Assembly (NCBI GenBank): GCA_963825245.1
Contig: CAWGSJ010000008.1
Coordinates: forward strand, 265,736 to 329,735
Length of the DNA stretch: 64,000 nt
Source: an uncultured Acidobacteriota bacterium
Lineage (GTDB): Bacteria; Acidobacteriota; Vicinamibacteria; Vicinamibacterales; CAVVIG01
Direction of reading: 5' to 3'
In this document: positions 31,019-40,537 of the stretch, one piece after another
How the letters are laid out: each line of letters starts with the position of its first letter
Numbering within the stretch: position 1 is the first letter of the stretch
Program-made: the position numbers and the translations under genes
The notes under the pieces: model-generated
The model's input: only the letters and a program-made list of their open reading frames with translations
Told to the model about the DNA's origin: nothing
The model's database searches: none

Positions 31019-32385
31019 GGTTGAACGTCCTTGAACACCTTTTTCAGGTCGTCGACGAGCGCGTCCGCGTTGCGCCCGGCCGCGCGATCGTAGTCCCACC
31101 ACGGATCGTCGCCGTCGGGATACTCGGCGGCCAACTCGAAGACGCGCTCGATTCCGGCCAGGGCGCCCGCCAGGTTGCCGCGGCGGCGCGCGAGCGAGCT
31201 TCGCGCAACGTGGGGCGACTGCGCGTGCGGATACAGCGTTGACGCGCGCGAGTAGAGGTCGCCGGCCGCATCGAAATTGCCCAGCGCTTCCTCGGCGCCG
31301 CCCAGGAACATCGCGGCGTAATACTTCATCAGCTCGTCGGGGGCGGCCGCGTTTGCCCGCCGCAACTCCTCGGCGGCGTCCCGCGCGCGACCGCGCATCA
31401 GGAGGACGCGGCCGAGCCGCAGGCGCGCTTCGATATGCTCGGGCACCTGCGCCAGCGCGCGGCGGAACATCGATTCAGCGTCGCGAAGCTCCGCCTCTTC
31501 GGACTGAATGGCCAACTGGTATCCAGCAGGCAGCTCGACCGAGCGCGTGGCGGCCTGCATCGACGGCCGCGCGAACGATTCGTGCTCGCAGCCGCTCAGG
31601 AACAACAGCGTGGAGTCCCTTGGAAACAGGCGGAGGCCCTGGACCAGGTGGTCGGTGTTTTCGTGGTAGCCATTGGCCTGCATCCAGGTGGACGTGGCCT
31701 GATACCAGAGCAGGACCATGGCGTCGCCGGCGGGTCTGACGATGTCGAGGAGCGAGCGCGCGATGTCCCAATGGATCGCGCCGAAGTAGGTCGCGGTACT
31801 CCGCCCGTCCTCCACGCCGATGGTCAATCGTCTCACCGCCCCGACCAGCTGTGGGGAACCGTTGTCGAACAGTTCGCCGCCTGAAGACATCGCCACGTCG
31901 GCATGCAGCATGGCCGCCCGGCGAAGCACGTAATCCAGCTGCCCCTGCTTTCGTGCGGACTCCACGCGTTCAGATAGTTGGAGGAGCTCCTCGTCCAGAA
32001 AGAACGGGGCTTTCCGTGCCACGCAGGGCTGGTCCTTCACGATTCCGGCGGCGGCACACGCCAGCAGGCGCAGGCGATCCATTTGTCTCGGCGTGAACCG
32101 GATTTGCTGCGGCTTCAGCTGTCGCGGCGTGCGGAACGTGAAATAGGAGAGCCGCAGGTCGCGCATCAACTGCGACAGCGCGACGGCGTCGATCGACAGG
32201 GCCTGGAGCTCGGCGTACGACCACCTCGCCATCCGCTCGGCAGCATCGTCGAACTCGCCGGGCTCATGGTGCAGGATGGCCTTCAGCCATTCCTCGACCC
32301 GCACCATCCGAGGATCCGCATCGCTCTGCTGCGCGCGCGCGACAGACGTCGAAAAGAGGATGACGACGGCGAGCAGAATCCTCAC
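31015..32385 (-). CDS. Secreted tetratricopeptide-repeat protein
   Basis: Signal peptide, TPR-like helices (EARLRLGRVL), DDPWWDY tail; coupled to the VWA gene. Confidence 0.75.
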   Translation of the reverse strand: MRILLAVVILFSTSVARAQQSDADPRMVRVEEWLKAILHHEPGEFDDAAERMARWSYAELQALSIDAVALSQLMRDLRLSYFTFRTPRQLKPQQIRFTPRQMDRLRLLACAAAGIVKDQPCVARKAPFFLDEELLQLSERVESARKQGQLDYVLRRAAMLHADVAMSSGGELFDNGSPQLVGAVRRLTIGVEDGRSTATYFGAIHWDIARSLLDIVRPAGDAMVLLWYQATSTWMQANGYHENTDHLVQGLRLFPRDSTLLFLSGCEHESFARPSMQAATRSVELPAGYQLAIQSEEAELRDAESMFRRALAQVPEHIEARLRLGRVLLMRGRARDAAEELRRANAAAPDELMKYYAAMFLGGAEEALGNFDAAGDLYSRASTLYPHAQSPHVARSSLARRRGNLAGALAGIERVFELAAEYPDGDDPWWDYDRAAGRNADALVDDLKKVFKDVQP

Positions 32386-32399
32386 GAACCCTCCAAACC

Positions 32400-32528
32400 G
32401 TTGCAGGGTGCTCCTTCCCTGCTCGCGTAGAGTGCTCGGTTGCTGTCGCTGTAGTGTGCTGGGCGCCTTCGGCTACAACGTGCCGGCGCGCGCAAGACTG
32501 CTGGCGCGCCAGCACCCTACATCGTCAA
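32400..32528. repeat. Composite ~24-bp-unit element, copy 2
   Basis: Shares GCTGTAGTGTGCTGGGCGCCTTCGGCT and GCGCGCCAGCACCCTACATCGTCA with copy 1, same orientation. Confidence 0.8.
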
Positions 32529-33023
32529 AGCGAAAGTCCTTTGCGGCAGCGCTTCCAGAGCCCCCCAGGTCTCGGGATCCTGACAGAGCAGCGTGTTGAG
32601 ATACAGCGACACGTGCTCGGCCGGAAATTGTTGAGCAATCTGCGTGGCGGCGGGCCCGATTTTCGAGGGATCCGGCTTGACCTCGTCGTCCTTGATCAAC
32701 CCGTCCTCGTGCGTGATGCCGAGCGCATCGAGAAACGTCCCCATCATCGAACGCTGTTCGGCCAGGTGATAAACGATCAGCACGCGCGCGGCGATGGCAT
32801 CGGGCAGCGATCCGAGCGTGGCGAGATGGCGCGCCTTGCGGTCGGTGTCGAGCCCAAGGATGAACTTGGGGCGGAATTTCTTCTGCTGCGCGATGATCAT
32901 GACGGCCTGCACCTGGTCGTCGGTCGCGTCTTCGTCGAGCCAGAATGCCCGCGCCGCCTGCTGGCGCAGCTCGGGCGTCATCCGTTTCCACAAACGTGAG
33001 GGGGTCAGCGCGGCGTCAGCCAT
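32517..33023 (-). CDS. Hypothetical protein
   Basis: Clean ORF with protein-like composition (KKFRPK, FLDALGITHEDGLI, LYLNTLLCQDP); its stop lies inside the repeat. Confidence 0.7.
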   Translation of the reverse strand: MADAALTPSRLWKRMTPELRQQAARAFWLDEDATDDQVQAVMIIAQQKKFRPKFILGLDTDRKARHLATLGSLPDAIAARVLIVYHLAEQRSMMGTFLDALGITHEDGLIKDDEVKPDPSKIGPAATQIAQQFPAEHVSLYLNTLLCQDPETWGALEALPQRTFALTM

Positions 33024-33061
33024 CCAGATATTGTAAGGGGAGGATTTCCGAAAACCCCGCG

Positions 33062-33373
33062 TCACTGGATCCGAAGCAGGGCGATTCCGCCGACGATCAG
33101 GAGCACGGCGGCGAGCTTGTGGACCGTCACGGGCTCGCCAAAAAACAGGGTCCCGAACGCCAGCGCGAGCGCGGCCTCCAGACCCAGCACGACGACGTAG
33201 GTCGCCCCGAGCGGCGCGCCGCGCAATGCTTGCGCCTGCAGAGCGGCGCCGACGGCGAACAGCGTCAGGAACGCGACGGTCGCCGACGAAGGGCGCAGTC
33301 CGCCGGCAGCCTTCATGAGCACACCACCGACGGTGAAGGCGAGCGCGGCCAACAGACAGAGTGTGAGAGCCAT
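33062..33373 (-). CDS. SMR/DMT-family small membrane transporter
   Basis: About 103 aa, four TM helices, PLGATY...GLE, FFGEPVT..KL...LIVGGIALL. Confidence 0.8.
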   Translation of the reverse strand: MALTLCLLAALAFTVGGVLMKAAGGLRPSSATVAFLTLFAVGAALQAQALRGAPLGATYVVVLGLEAALALAFGTLFFGEPVTVHKLAAVLLIVGGIALLRIQ

Positions 33374-33390
33374 CGGGTGGGGTCGGCCAG

Positions 33391-34581
33391 TCAGACGCAG
33401 ATCACAGAGAGCGGCGCGAAGCCGTTGAAGCCGACCGAGGCGTAGGAGAAGGTGTATGCCCCGGCGCTCAACACGTGGACTCGATCGCCCACCTGCAGGT
33501 TCTCTGGCAGGTAGTAGGGACATCGTTCGTACAGGATGTCGGCGCTGTCGCACGTCGGACCAGCGAGCACAACCCTGGTCCGCCGGCCGCAGCGTCCGGG
33601 CGTCCGCAGCCGGTACTTGATGGCTTCATCCATCGTTTCGGCGAGACCACCGAACTTCCCGCAATCGAGGTACACCCACCGGGTGTCGTCTCCATAGGAC
33701 TTCCGCGCCACCAGAACGACCTCGGTCTGGATGGTCCCGGCGTCGGCGACAAGGTGCCGGCCGGGCTCCACGACCACATCGGGGCGATCGCGCTCGAAAT
33801 GACGACCCAGCGATCGCGCAATCGCCGCGCCGTAGACTTCGATCGGAGGGACGAAGCCGCGATATTGCGCGGGAAACCCGCCGCCGAGGTTCAGCATGTG
33901 CAGCCGGATGCCCTCCATCCGCGCCCGCTCGAACAGCCGCGCCGCGAGCGCGATCGGATCGTCCCAGCGCGAAGGATCGGTCTGCTGGGAGCCGACGTGA
34001 AACGTCACTCCGTACGGGATCAGTCCGAGGGCGCGGGCCTCGAGCAGCAGGTCGAAGGCCATCGCCGGATCGCAGCCGAACTTCCGCGACAGCGGCCAAT
34101 CGGCGCCGCACCCGTTCGTCTGGATCCGGACCGTCACCCTGGCGCCGGGCGCCTGGTCGGCGATCTTCTGGAGCTCGCCCGCGCTGTCGACCGCCAACAG
34201 ATCGAGGCCGGCGGCGCGAGCCCCGGCGATTGCCGAGGCCTTCTTGACCGTGTGTCCGAAGGAGAGGCGGCCGGGCGCGAGGCCGATCGCGAGGGCCCCG
34301 ACGATCTCTTCGTGGCTGGCCACGTCGAAGCATGAGCCGCAGTTGGCGAGGGCGCGCAGGATCTCAGGCGCCGGGTTGGCCTTGACGGCATAGTAGACGC
34401 GGCAGCCAGGCAGCGCGCGCACCAGCCTCTCGTACCTCGACATGACAGCGGCGACGTCCATCACCAGCACCGGCGTCGGCAGCTGGCCGTCGGCGAGCAC
34501 GGCATCGATCCGTTCGAGGGAACTTTCGGATCCGGCTGGAAACTCGGGACCGAGGTCCCGTTCGAGGCTGGCGCTTCGCAT
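33391..34581 (-). CDS. Fold-type III PLP ornithine/lysine decarboxylase
   Basis: YAVKANP, FDVAS, FHVGSQ, NLGGGFP, EPGR, GPTCDS, GAYT. Confidence 0.92.
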   Translation of the reverse strand: MRSASLERDLGPEFPAGSESSLERIDAVLADGQLPTPVLVMDVAAVMSRYERLVRALPGCRVYYAVKANPAPEILRALANCGSCFDVASHEEIVGALAIGLAPGRLSFGHTVKKASAIAGARAAGLDLLAVDSAGELQKIADQAPGARVTVRIQTNGCGADWPLSRKFGCDPAMAFDLLLEARALGLIPYGVTFHVGSQQTDPSRWDDPIALAARLFERARMEGIRLHMLNLGGGFPAQYRGFVPPIEVYGAAIARSLGRHFERDRPDVVVEPGRHLVADAGTIQTEVVLVARKSYGDDTRWVYLDCGKFGGLAETMDEAIKYRLRTPGRCGRRTRVVLAGPTCDSADILYERCPYYLPENLQVGDRVHVLSAGAYTFSYASVGFNGFAPLSVICV

Positions 34582-34701
34582 GGCGGTTCGACCTCCTCCC
34601 TGACATAGGCGATCCGCGTGCGAAACGGCTTACGCACCTCGCGCCTTCGAATCCGGGTGTAGGATCAGGCGCTTCTTCGCCGGCAGGCCGGAGCTGACCA
34701 C

Positions 34702-35256
34702 ATGGATGAGGATCCGGTCTCGAAGCTGCTGGACGAGGTCAACGCGGGCGATCGGACGGCGTTCGAGTCGCTCGTGACGCTCGTATACGGTGAGCTGCGG
34801 CGCATGGCCGGCGGGCTGATGCGCGGACAGCCGGGCGACCACACCCTGCAGCCGACCGCACTCGTCAACGAAGCCTATCTGCGGCTGGTTCGCAGCGCGC
34901 CGCCGTGGGACGGTCGCGCACACTTCTTCGGGGCGGCGGCCCGCGCGATGCGCCAGGTGTTGATCGCGCACGCCCGGAGTCGAGCGGCTCAGAAGCGCGC
35001 GGGCGGCGTCGTGCGCGTCACCTTCGACGAGCTGGCGGTGGCAGCGCCGGAACCTCAGTTGGATCTCCTCGCGCTCGATGAGGCGCTGACGGCGCTCGAG
35101 GGTGTGGATCCACGGTTCACGCGGGTGATGGAGCTGCGGTACTTCGCCGGCTGCAGCTTGCCGGAGATCGCCGAGCTGACCGGATGGTCGCTCGCGACGG
35201 TGAAGCGGGATTGGACGTATGCGCGGGCGTGGCTCTACGAGCACATGAGCGGGTGA
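34702..35256 (+). CDS. ECF sigma factor, kinase-associated type
   Basis: LVYGELRRMA, HTLQPTALVNEAYLRL, RAHFFGAAARAMRQVL, TVKRDW..ARAWL. Confidence 0.92.
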   Translation: MDEDPVSKLLDEVNAGDRTAFESLVTLVYGELRRMAGGLMRGQPGDHTLQPTALVNEAYLRLVRSAPPWDGRAHFFGAAARAMRQVLIAHARSRAAQKRAGGVVRVTFDELAVAAPEPQLDLLALDEALTALEGVDPRFTRVMELRYFAGCSLPEIAELTGWSLATVKRDWTYARAWLYEHMSG

Positions 35257-35283
35257 TACGTCGACGACCCGGAGGGAACGACG

Positions 35284-38200
35284 ATGTTCGACTCGCCCTT
35301 CGAGCGCGAACAGAAGATCTTTCAGGCCTGCCTCGACCTGCCGCCGTCGGAGCGGCAGGCGTATCTCGACGACACCTGCCTGGGTGACGCCGACGTCCGC
35401 GGGCGCGTCGAGCGGCTGCTGGCCGCGCACGAGCGCGCCGAGCGCGCCACGCTGAGCCCGCTCGGGCCGCTGTCCCTGGACGCCATCGCCGATCACATCG
35501 GGCCCTACCGCCTGACCGGTGTTCTCGGCGAAGGCGGCATGGGCATCGTCTACGACGCCGAGCAGCAGCAGCCCGTCCAGCGGCGGGTCGCGCTGAAGGT
35601 CCTGAAGCTCGGCATGGACACCCGCGAAGTGATCGGCAGGTTCATGGCCGAGCGGCAGGCGCTGGCCGCGATGGACCACCCTTCGGTCGCGAAGGTGTTC
35701 GACGCCGGACACACCGTGGCGGGCCGGCCGTACTTCGTGATGGAACGGGTGGAGGGCGTTCCGCTCTTGGAGTACTGCGATCGCGAACAGCTTTCCATCC
35801 CCCGCCGCGTGGAGCTCGTCGCGCAGGTGTGCCAGGCCGTACAGCACGCACACCTGAAGGGCGTCATCCACCGCGACCTCAAGCCGTCGAACGTTCTGGT
35901 GACCTCGAACGACGGCGCGGCGCTGCCCAAGATCATCGACTTCGGTATCGCCAAGGCCGCGGGCCTCGATGCCCCGTGGCAACGGACCGAGCTGACGCGC
36001 GTGGATCAGAAGCTCGGCACGCCTGCCTACATGAGCCCGGAGCAGGCCGGACGCGGCAACCAGGACGTCGACACGCGAACGGACGTCTACGCGCTGGGCG
36101 TCATCATGTACGAGCTTCTCACCGGACAGCTGCCCGCGGACCCCGCCGAAACGGGACCGACGGAGTTCCTCGCGGCGCTCGCCAGGGGGGACGTGCGACC
36201 GGAGAAACCGAGCGCCCGGATCGCAACCGTTGACGCCGCGGAGATTGCCCACCGACGGAGCACGACGCCGGCGGGTCTCCGACGCCAGCTCGCGGCGGAT
36301 CTCGACTGGATCTGCATGAAGGCCCTCGAGACGGATCGCAACCGCCGCTACGACACGCCGCTCGCAGTCGCCGAGGATCTGCGCCGTCACCTGGCCAGCG
36401 AACCGGTGCTGGCCGGGCCGCCCAGCCGGATCTACCGCCTGCGCCGGCTGGTACGCCGACACAGGACGACGATGGCCGCGACGGCGGTCGCCGTCGTCGC
36501 GCTGCTTACGGGATCCGCGGCAGCCGTCACCCAGGCCGTCCGCGCGACCGACGCCGAGCAGGCGGCCCGCGCCGATGCGGAGACGGCCCGGCAGGTTTCG
36601 GATTTCCTCGTCGATCTGTTCGAGGTCTCGGAACCCGGGGCGACAAACGGCGGCGCCGTCACGGCACGCGAGCTGCTGGATCAGGGCGCCGCCCGCATAC
36701 GCAGCGAGCTCGCGGCGCAGCCACTGGTGCGCGCCCGCGTCCAGGCTGTCATCGGCGAGATCTACCGCAAGCTCGGTCTTTACGATCCGGCGGCGACGTT
36801 GCTGGACGAGGCGCTGGCGGCGCGCGAGCAGTTGTTGGGCTCGAGCCACGTCGAGGTGGTGCAGACGCTCCATTCCATCGGGCGTCTCAAATCTGAGCGC
36901 GGGGACAGGCCCGGCGCGGAAGCGATTTTCCGAGACGCGCTCGACCGCGTGGCCGCCGCGCCTCTGCCGGACCGCGTCGCGGAAGCCCGTCTGCAGGGCG
37001 AGCTCGGACAGGTACTGCGCGACAACGCCGAGTTCGCCGAAGCTGAGGCGCTCTTCCGGCGGGCCATCGACACGCTGACCCGCGAGTTCGGTCCGGCCCA
37101 CCAGGAGGTCGGCGGGGCCTGGGGCGGGCTGGGTTCGCTGCTCATCGCCCAGGGACTGTTCGCGAACGCCGAAGTCGCATTGAAGAACGCGCTCGCGATC
37201 CACGAGAAGACGCTCGGCCCCGATCACCCGGAGGTCGCGATCACCCTGGCCAACCTCGCGATCACAGTCGGCCGCCTGGGGCGCGACGCCGAGGCCGAGC
37301 CGATGCAGCAGCGCGTGATTGCAATCTCCGAGCGGGCGTACGGTCCCGACCACATGCACGTTGCGATCGCCCTTGGCAACCTGGCCGGCATATATGGACG
37401 GCAGGGACGGCTCGACGAGGCGGAAGCCACCACTCGCAAAGCGCTGGCGGTACGGGAGCGCATTTACGGACCCGATCATCCGAACGCCGTGATCGAGCTC
37501 AAGAACCTCGGGCTCACGCTCATGCTCAAGGCCGACTACGAAGGCGCTCGGCAGGCATTCGAGCGAAACCTCGCGGTCGAGGAGAAGGCGTTCGGCTCCG
37601 ACCATCCACGCGTCGCCTGGACCGAGGCGAGACTCGGCGGGTTGAATCTTCGCCTCGAACAGCTCGATGCCGCCGAGGCAGCGTACCGCCGCGCTCTGAT
37701 CGCGACAGAGAAGACACTCGGCGCCGATCACGTCGACACGGCTGGGAACCTTCGCGGACTGGGTCAGGTAGCGCTGCGGCGGGGAAGGCTCGACGAGGCG
37801 GACGGGTTCCTCTCGCGGGCGATGGCCTCCTCCCTGAAATCGCCGGCGCACCCTGATCTGCCGAACACGCTCAAGGCCGTCGGCGAGCTGCGGCTGCGGC
37901 AGGGTCGTCTCGACGATGCGCGGGCGCTGATCGATCAAGCGCTCGCGCGCCAGCGTGAAGTGTTCCGCCCCGGGCACCCGGCGATCGGCGAGACACTGGT
38001 GCTCCTCGCGGACGTGCTGGTGGCGCAGGACACAACCGCGGAGGCCGAACGTCTGTATCGCGAGGCGGCCGCGATCGCCGAGAAGGCCCTGGGACGGGAT
38101 CACCCGGACGTGGCGCGCGCGCTGCACGGCCTCGGCGCGGTCCTCGCTCGGGCGGCGTCCGAGTCGACGGCTTTGACCGCCCGGCCGTCCGGCGAAGCGA

Positions 38201-38316
38201 TCGAAGCCGTAGAACGGGCGCTGGCGATCCGCGTCGCGCGCCTGGGAAACGCTCATCCGGAGACCCGGGACACCGCCCGCCTGCGGGCCGAACTGCGGAA
38301 GGCCGCCGCACCCTGA
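35284..38316 (+). CDS. Membrane Ser/Thr protein kinase with TPR array
   Basis: GEGGMG, VALK, HRDLKPSN, DFG, GTPAYMSPEQ, a TM helix, then GPDHP-type TPR repeats. Confidence 0.95.
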   Translation: MFDSPFEREQKIFQACLDLPPSERQAYLDDTCLGDADVRGRVERLLAAHERAERATLSPLGPLSLDAIADHIGPYRLTGVLGEGGMGIVYDAEQQQPVQRRVALKVLKLGMDTREVIGRFMAERQALAAMDHPSVAKVFDAGHTVAGRPYFVMERVEGVPLLEYCDREQLSIPRRVELVAQVCQAVQHAHLKGVIHRDLKPSNVLVTSNDGAALPKIIDFGIAKAAGLDAPWQRTELTRVDQKLGTPAYMSPEQAGRGNQDVDTRTDVYALGVIMYELLTGQLPADPAETGPTEFLAALARGDVRPEKPSARIATVDAAEIAHRRSTTPAGLRRQLAADLDWICMKALETDRNRRYDTPLAVAEDLRRHLASEPVLAGPPSRIYRLRRLVRRHRTTMAATAVAVVALLTGSAAAVTQAVRATDAEQAARADAETARQVSDFLVDLFEVSEPGATNGGAVTARELLDQGAARIRSELAAQPLVRARVQAVIGEIYRKLGLYDPAATLLDEALAAREQLLGSSHVEVVQTLHSIGRLKSERGDRPGAEAIFRDALDRVAAAPLPDRVAEARLQGELGQVLRDNAEFAEAEALFRRAIDTLTREFGPAHQEVGGAWGGLGSLLIAQGLFANAEVALKNALAIHEKTLGPDHPEVAITLANLAITVGRLGRDAEAEPMQQRVIAISERAYGPDHMHVAIALGNLAGIYGRQGRLDEAEATTRKALAVRERIYGPDHPNAVIELKNLGLTLMLKADYEGARQAFERNLAVEEKAFGSDHPRVAWTEARLGGLNLRLEQLDAAEAAYRRALIATEKTLGADHVDTAGNLRGLGQVALRRGRLDEADGFLSRAMASSLKSPAHPDLPNTLKAVGELRLRQGRLDDARALIDQALARQREVFRPGHPAIGETLVLLADVLVAQDTTAEAERLYREAAAIAEKALGRDHPDVARALHGLGAVLARAASESTALTARPSGEAIEAVERALAIRVARLGNAHPETRDTARLRAELRKAAAP

Positions 38317-38344
38317 TGCCTTTCCTATATTCTTAGGAGCATCC

Positions 38345-39118
38345 ATGCGCACCAAAACGACTTCGACGCTGGCGCTCGTCGTCCTCGCGACCGTCGCGAT
38401 TCTCGCTCAGACACCCGGCGTCCACCCCATCAGCGGACGCCGGTACGCGGGGGTGATGAGTTATGAGGGTGCCGCCTGGCTGGATCGCGAGGAGCGCGAC
38501 ATCGAGGAGGAACCGGATCGCGCGCTCGATGCCATCCGCATCGAGAAGGGATCGACGGTCGCTGACGTCGGCGCCGGGTCGGGGTACATGACGGTGCGCA
38601 TGGCGCGCCGCGTCGGCCCCGAAGGCCGCGTGTATGCCACCGACATCCAGCCGCAGATGCTGGCGATGCTCAGGGAGCGGCTGCAGAAGGAGCGCCTCAA
38701 CAACGTCACGCCCGTCCAGGGTGCGATCGACGATCCGCGGCTGCCGCCGGAGACACTCGATCTGATCCTGATGGTCGACGTCTATCACGAGTTCTCGCAG
38801 CCGCAGCAGATGCTGCGCGGCATGCGGGCTGCGCTGAAGCCCGGCGGCCGGCTGGTGCTCCTCGAGTACAAGAAGGAGGACCCGTCAATCCCGATTCGCA
38901 TCGAGCACAAGATGACCGTCGCCGAAGCGAAGCTCGAGGTCGAGGCCGAAGGCTTCCGCCTGGCGCGCGTCGGCACCGAGCTGCCTCGGCAGCACGTCCT
39001 CGTGTTCGAAAAACCGAAGAGCCCGCCTAGACCCTTGTCCCGTTGCTCTTCACCGAACCTTCGTTTCTCTTCCTCTTCCTGCCGGTCCTGCTGGCGCTCT
39101 ATTTCCTGCCAGCCCTGA
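38345..39118 (+). CDS. Class I SAM-dependent methyltransferase with signal peptide
   Basis: VADVGAGSG, TDIQ, MVDVYHEF, LKPGG; the true stop is probably near 39030 (indel). Confidence 0.85.
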   Translation: MRTKTTSTLALVVLATVAILAQTPGVHPISGRRYAGVMSYEGAAWLDREERDIEEEPDRALDAIRIEKGSTVADVGAGSGYMTVRMARRVGPEGRVYATDIQPQMLAMLRERLQKERLNNVTPVQGAIDDPRLPPETLDLILMVDVYHEFSQPQQMLRGMRAALKPGGRLVLLEYKKEDPSIPIRIEHKMTVAEAKLEVEAEGFRLARVGTELPRQHVLVFEKPKSPPRPLSRCSSPNLRFSSSSCRSCWRSISCQP

Positions 39119-40537
39119 AAGGGTCGGCCTACGTGAAGCGCCGCACGGGGAGTACGCGAACGTCCTGCTGTCTGGCGGCGAGCGTGCTGTTCTACGCGCG
39201 CGGCGGCGGCGCGTTCACGTGGCTGATGCTGGCGTCAATCACGTTCAACTACCTGATGGCGATTGCGGTCGCAGCGGGCCGGAGAGGCCCGCCCGACAAT
39301 CACGCCCGGTCGCGAGCGCTGGCTGGCCGCGGCCATCGGCGTCAACCTTGCCGTGCTCGGCGTGTTCAAGTACGCGAACTTCTTCGCCGACAACGTCGAA
39401 CGCGCATGCTGGCGTCGCTGAACGTCGCGCCGTTTGCCGTCTCCCGAGGTGCTGCTGCCAATCGGCATCTCGTTCTACACGTTCCACGCGATCTCGTACG
39501 TGGTCGACGTCTACCGCGGCCACGCGACCGCCCAGAAGAGCCCGATCCACGCCGCGCTGTATCTGCTGCTGTTTCCGCAGCTCATCGCCGGCCCGATCAT
39601 CCGCTACCGCGAGATCGCCGACCAGCTCGCCCGCCGCGTCGTCGGCCATGGACGACTTCGCCGCCGGCGTCCGCCGCTTCGTCGTCGGGCTCGGCAAGAA
39701 GGTCCTGATCGCCAACAACGTCGCGAGCGCCGCCGACGGCATCTTCGCGCTGGCGCCCGCGGAGCTGACCCCGGCCCACGCGTGGCTCGGGCATCGTCTG
39801 CTACACGCTGCAGATCTACTTCGATTTTTCGGGCTACTCCGACATGGCGATCGGCCTCGGCCGGATGTTCGGCTTCCGGTTCCCCGAGAACTTCCGGTGG
39901 CCGTACGTCGCCGATACCGTCCAGGAGTTCTGGCGCCGCTGGCACATCTCGCTCTCGTCGTGGTTCCGCGACTACCTGTACGTCCCGCTCGGCGGCAACC
40001 GCGTCAGCCCGGGACGGATGTACCTGCAACCTCGTCCTGGTGTTCTTCCTGTGCGGCCTGTGGCACGGGGCGAGCTGGAACTTCGTCGTCTGGGGCCTGT
40101 ATCACGGGTCGTTCCTCGTCGCGGAGCGATCGGGCCTCGCCGGGTTGGTCCGGCGTCTGCCGGCGCCAATCCGCCACGCGTATCTGCTCCTCGTGGTGAT
40201 GATCGGCTGGGTGTTCTTCCGCGCCGACACGCTGCACGCCGCGTTCGCGTATCTCGGCGCCATGGCGGGAGTCAGCGCGCCGGGCATCAAGCCCTTCGAC
40301 GTCGCCTGGTTCCTGACGCCGGAGGTCTCGCTCGCACTGGTCGCCGGCGTTATCGGGTCGGTGCCGATCGTCGCGGCGATTGGCCGCGCCCTCGATCGGC
40401 CTGCCCTGAGCCAAGTCAAAGGGCCTGGCTGGCTGGTGGAAGCCGCCGCGACCGCAGCGCTCGTGGTGATGCTTTTCGCCTCAATTCTGCAGATTGCGGG
40501 CCGGAGCTATGACCCATTCATCTACTTCCGGTTCTAG
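39043..40537 (+). CDS. MBOAT O-acyltransferase, AlgI/PatA-like (frameshifted)
   Basis: [53 protein letters not shown]. Confidence 0.92.

Noticed and set aside
34582-34701. Possible speF-like leader or riboswitch upstream of the decarboxylase
   Set aside because: Only a short GTGCG/CGCAC hairpin; no conserved aptamer blocks or leader peptide recognised.
34630-38355. 1241-aa minus-strand ORF
   Set aside because: Antisense shadow of the ECF and kinase genes in high-GC DNA; no recognisable motifs.
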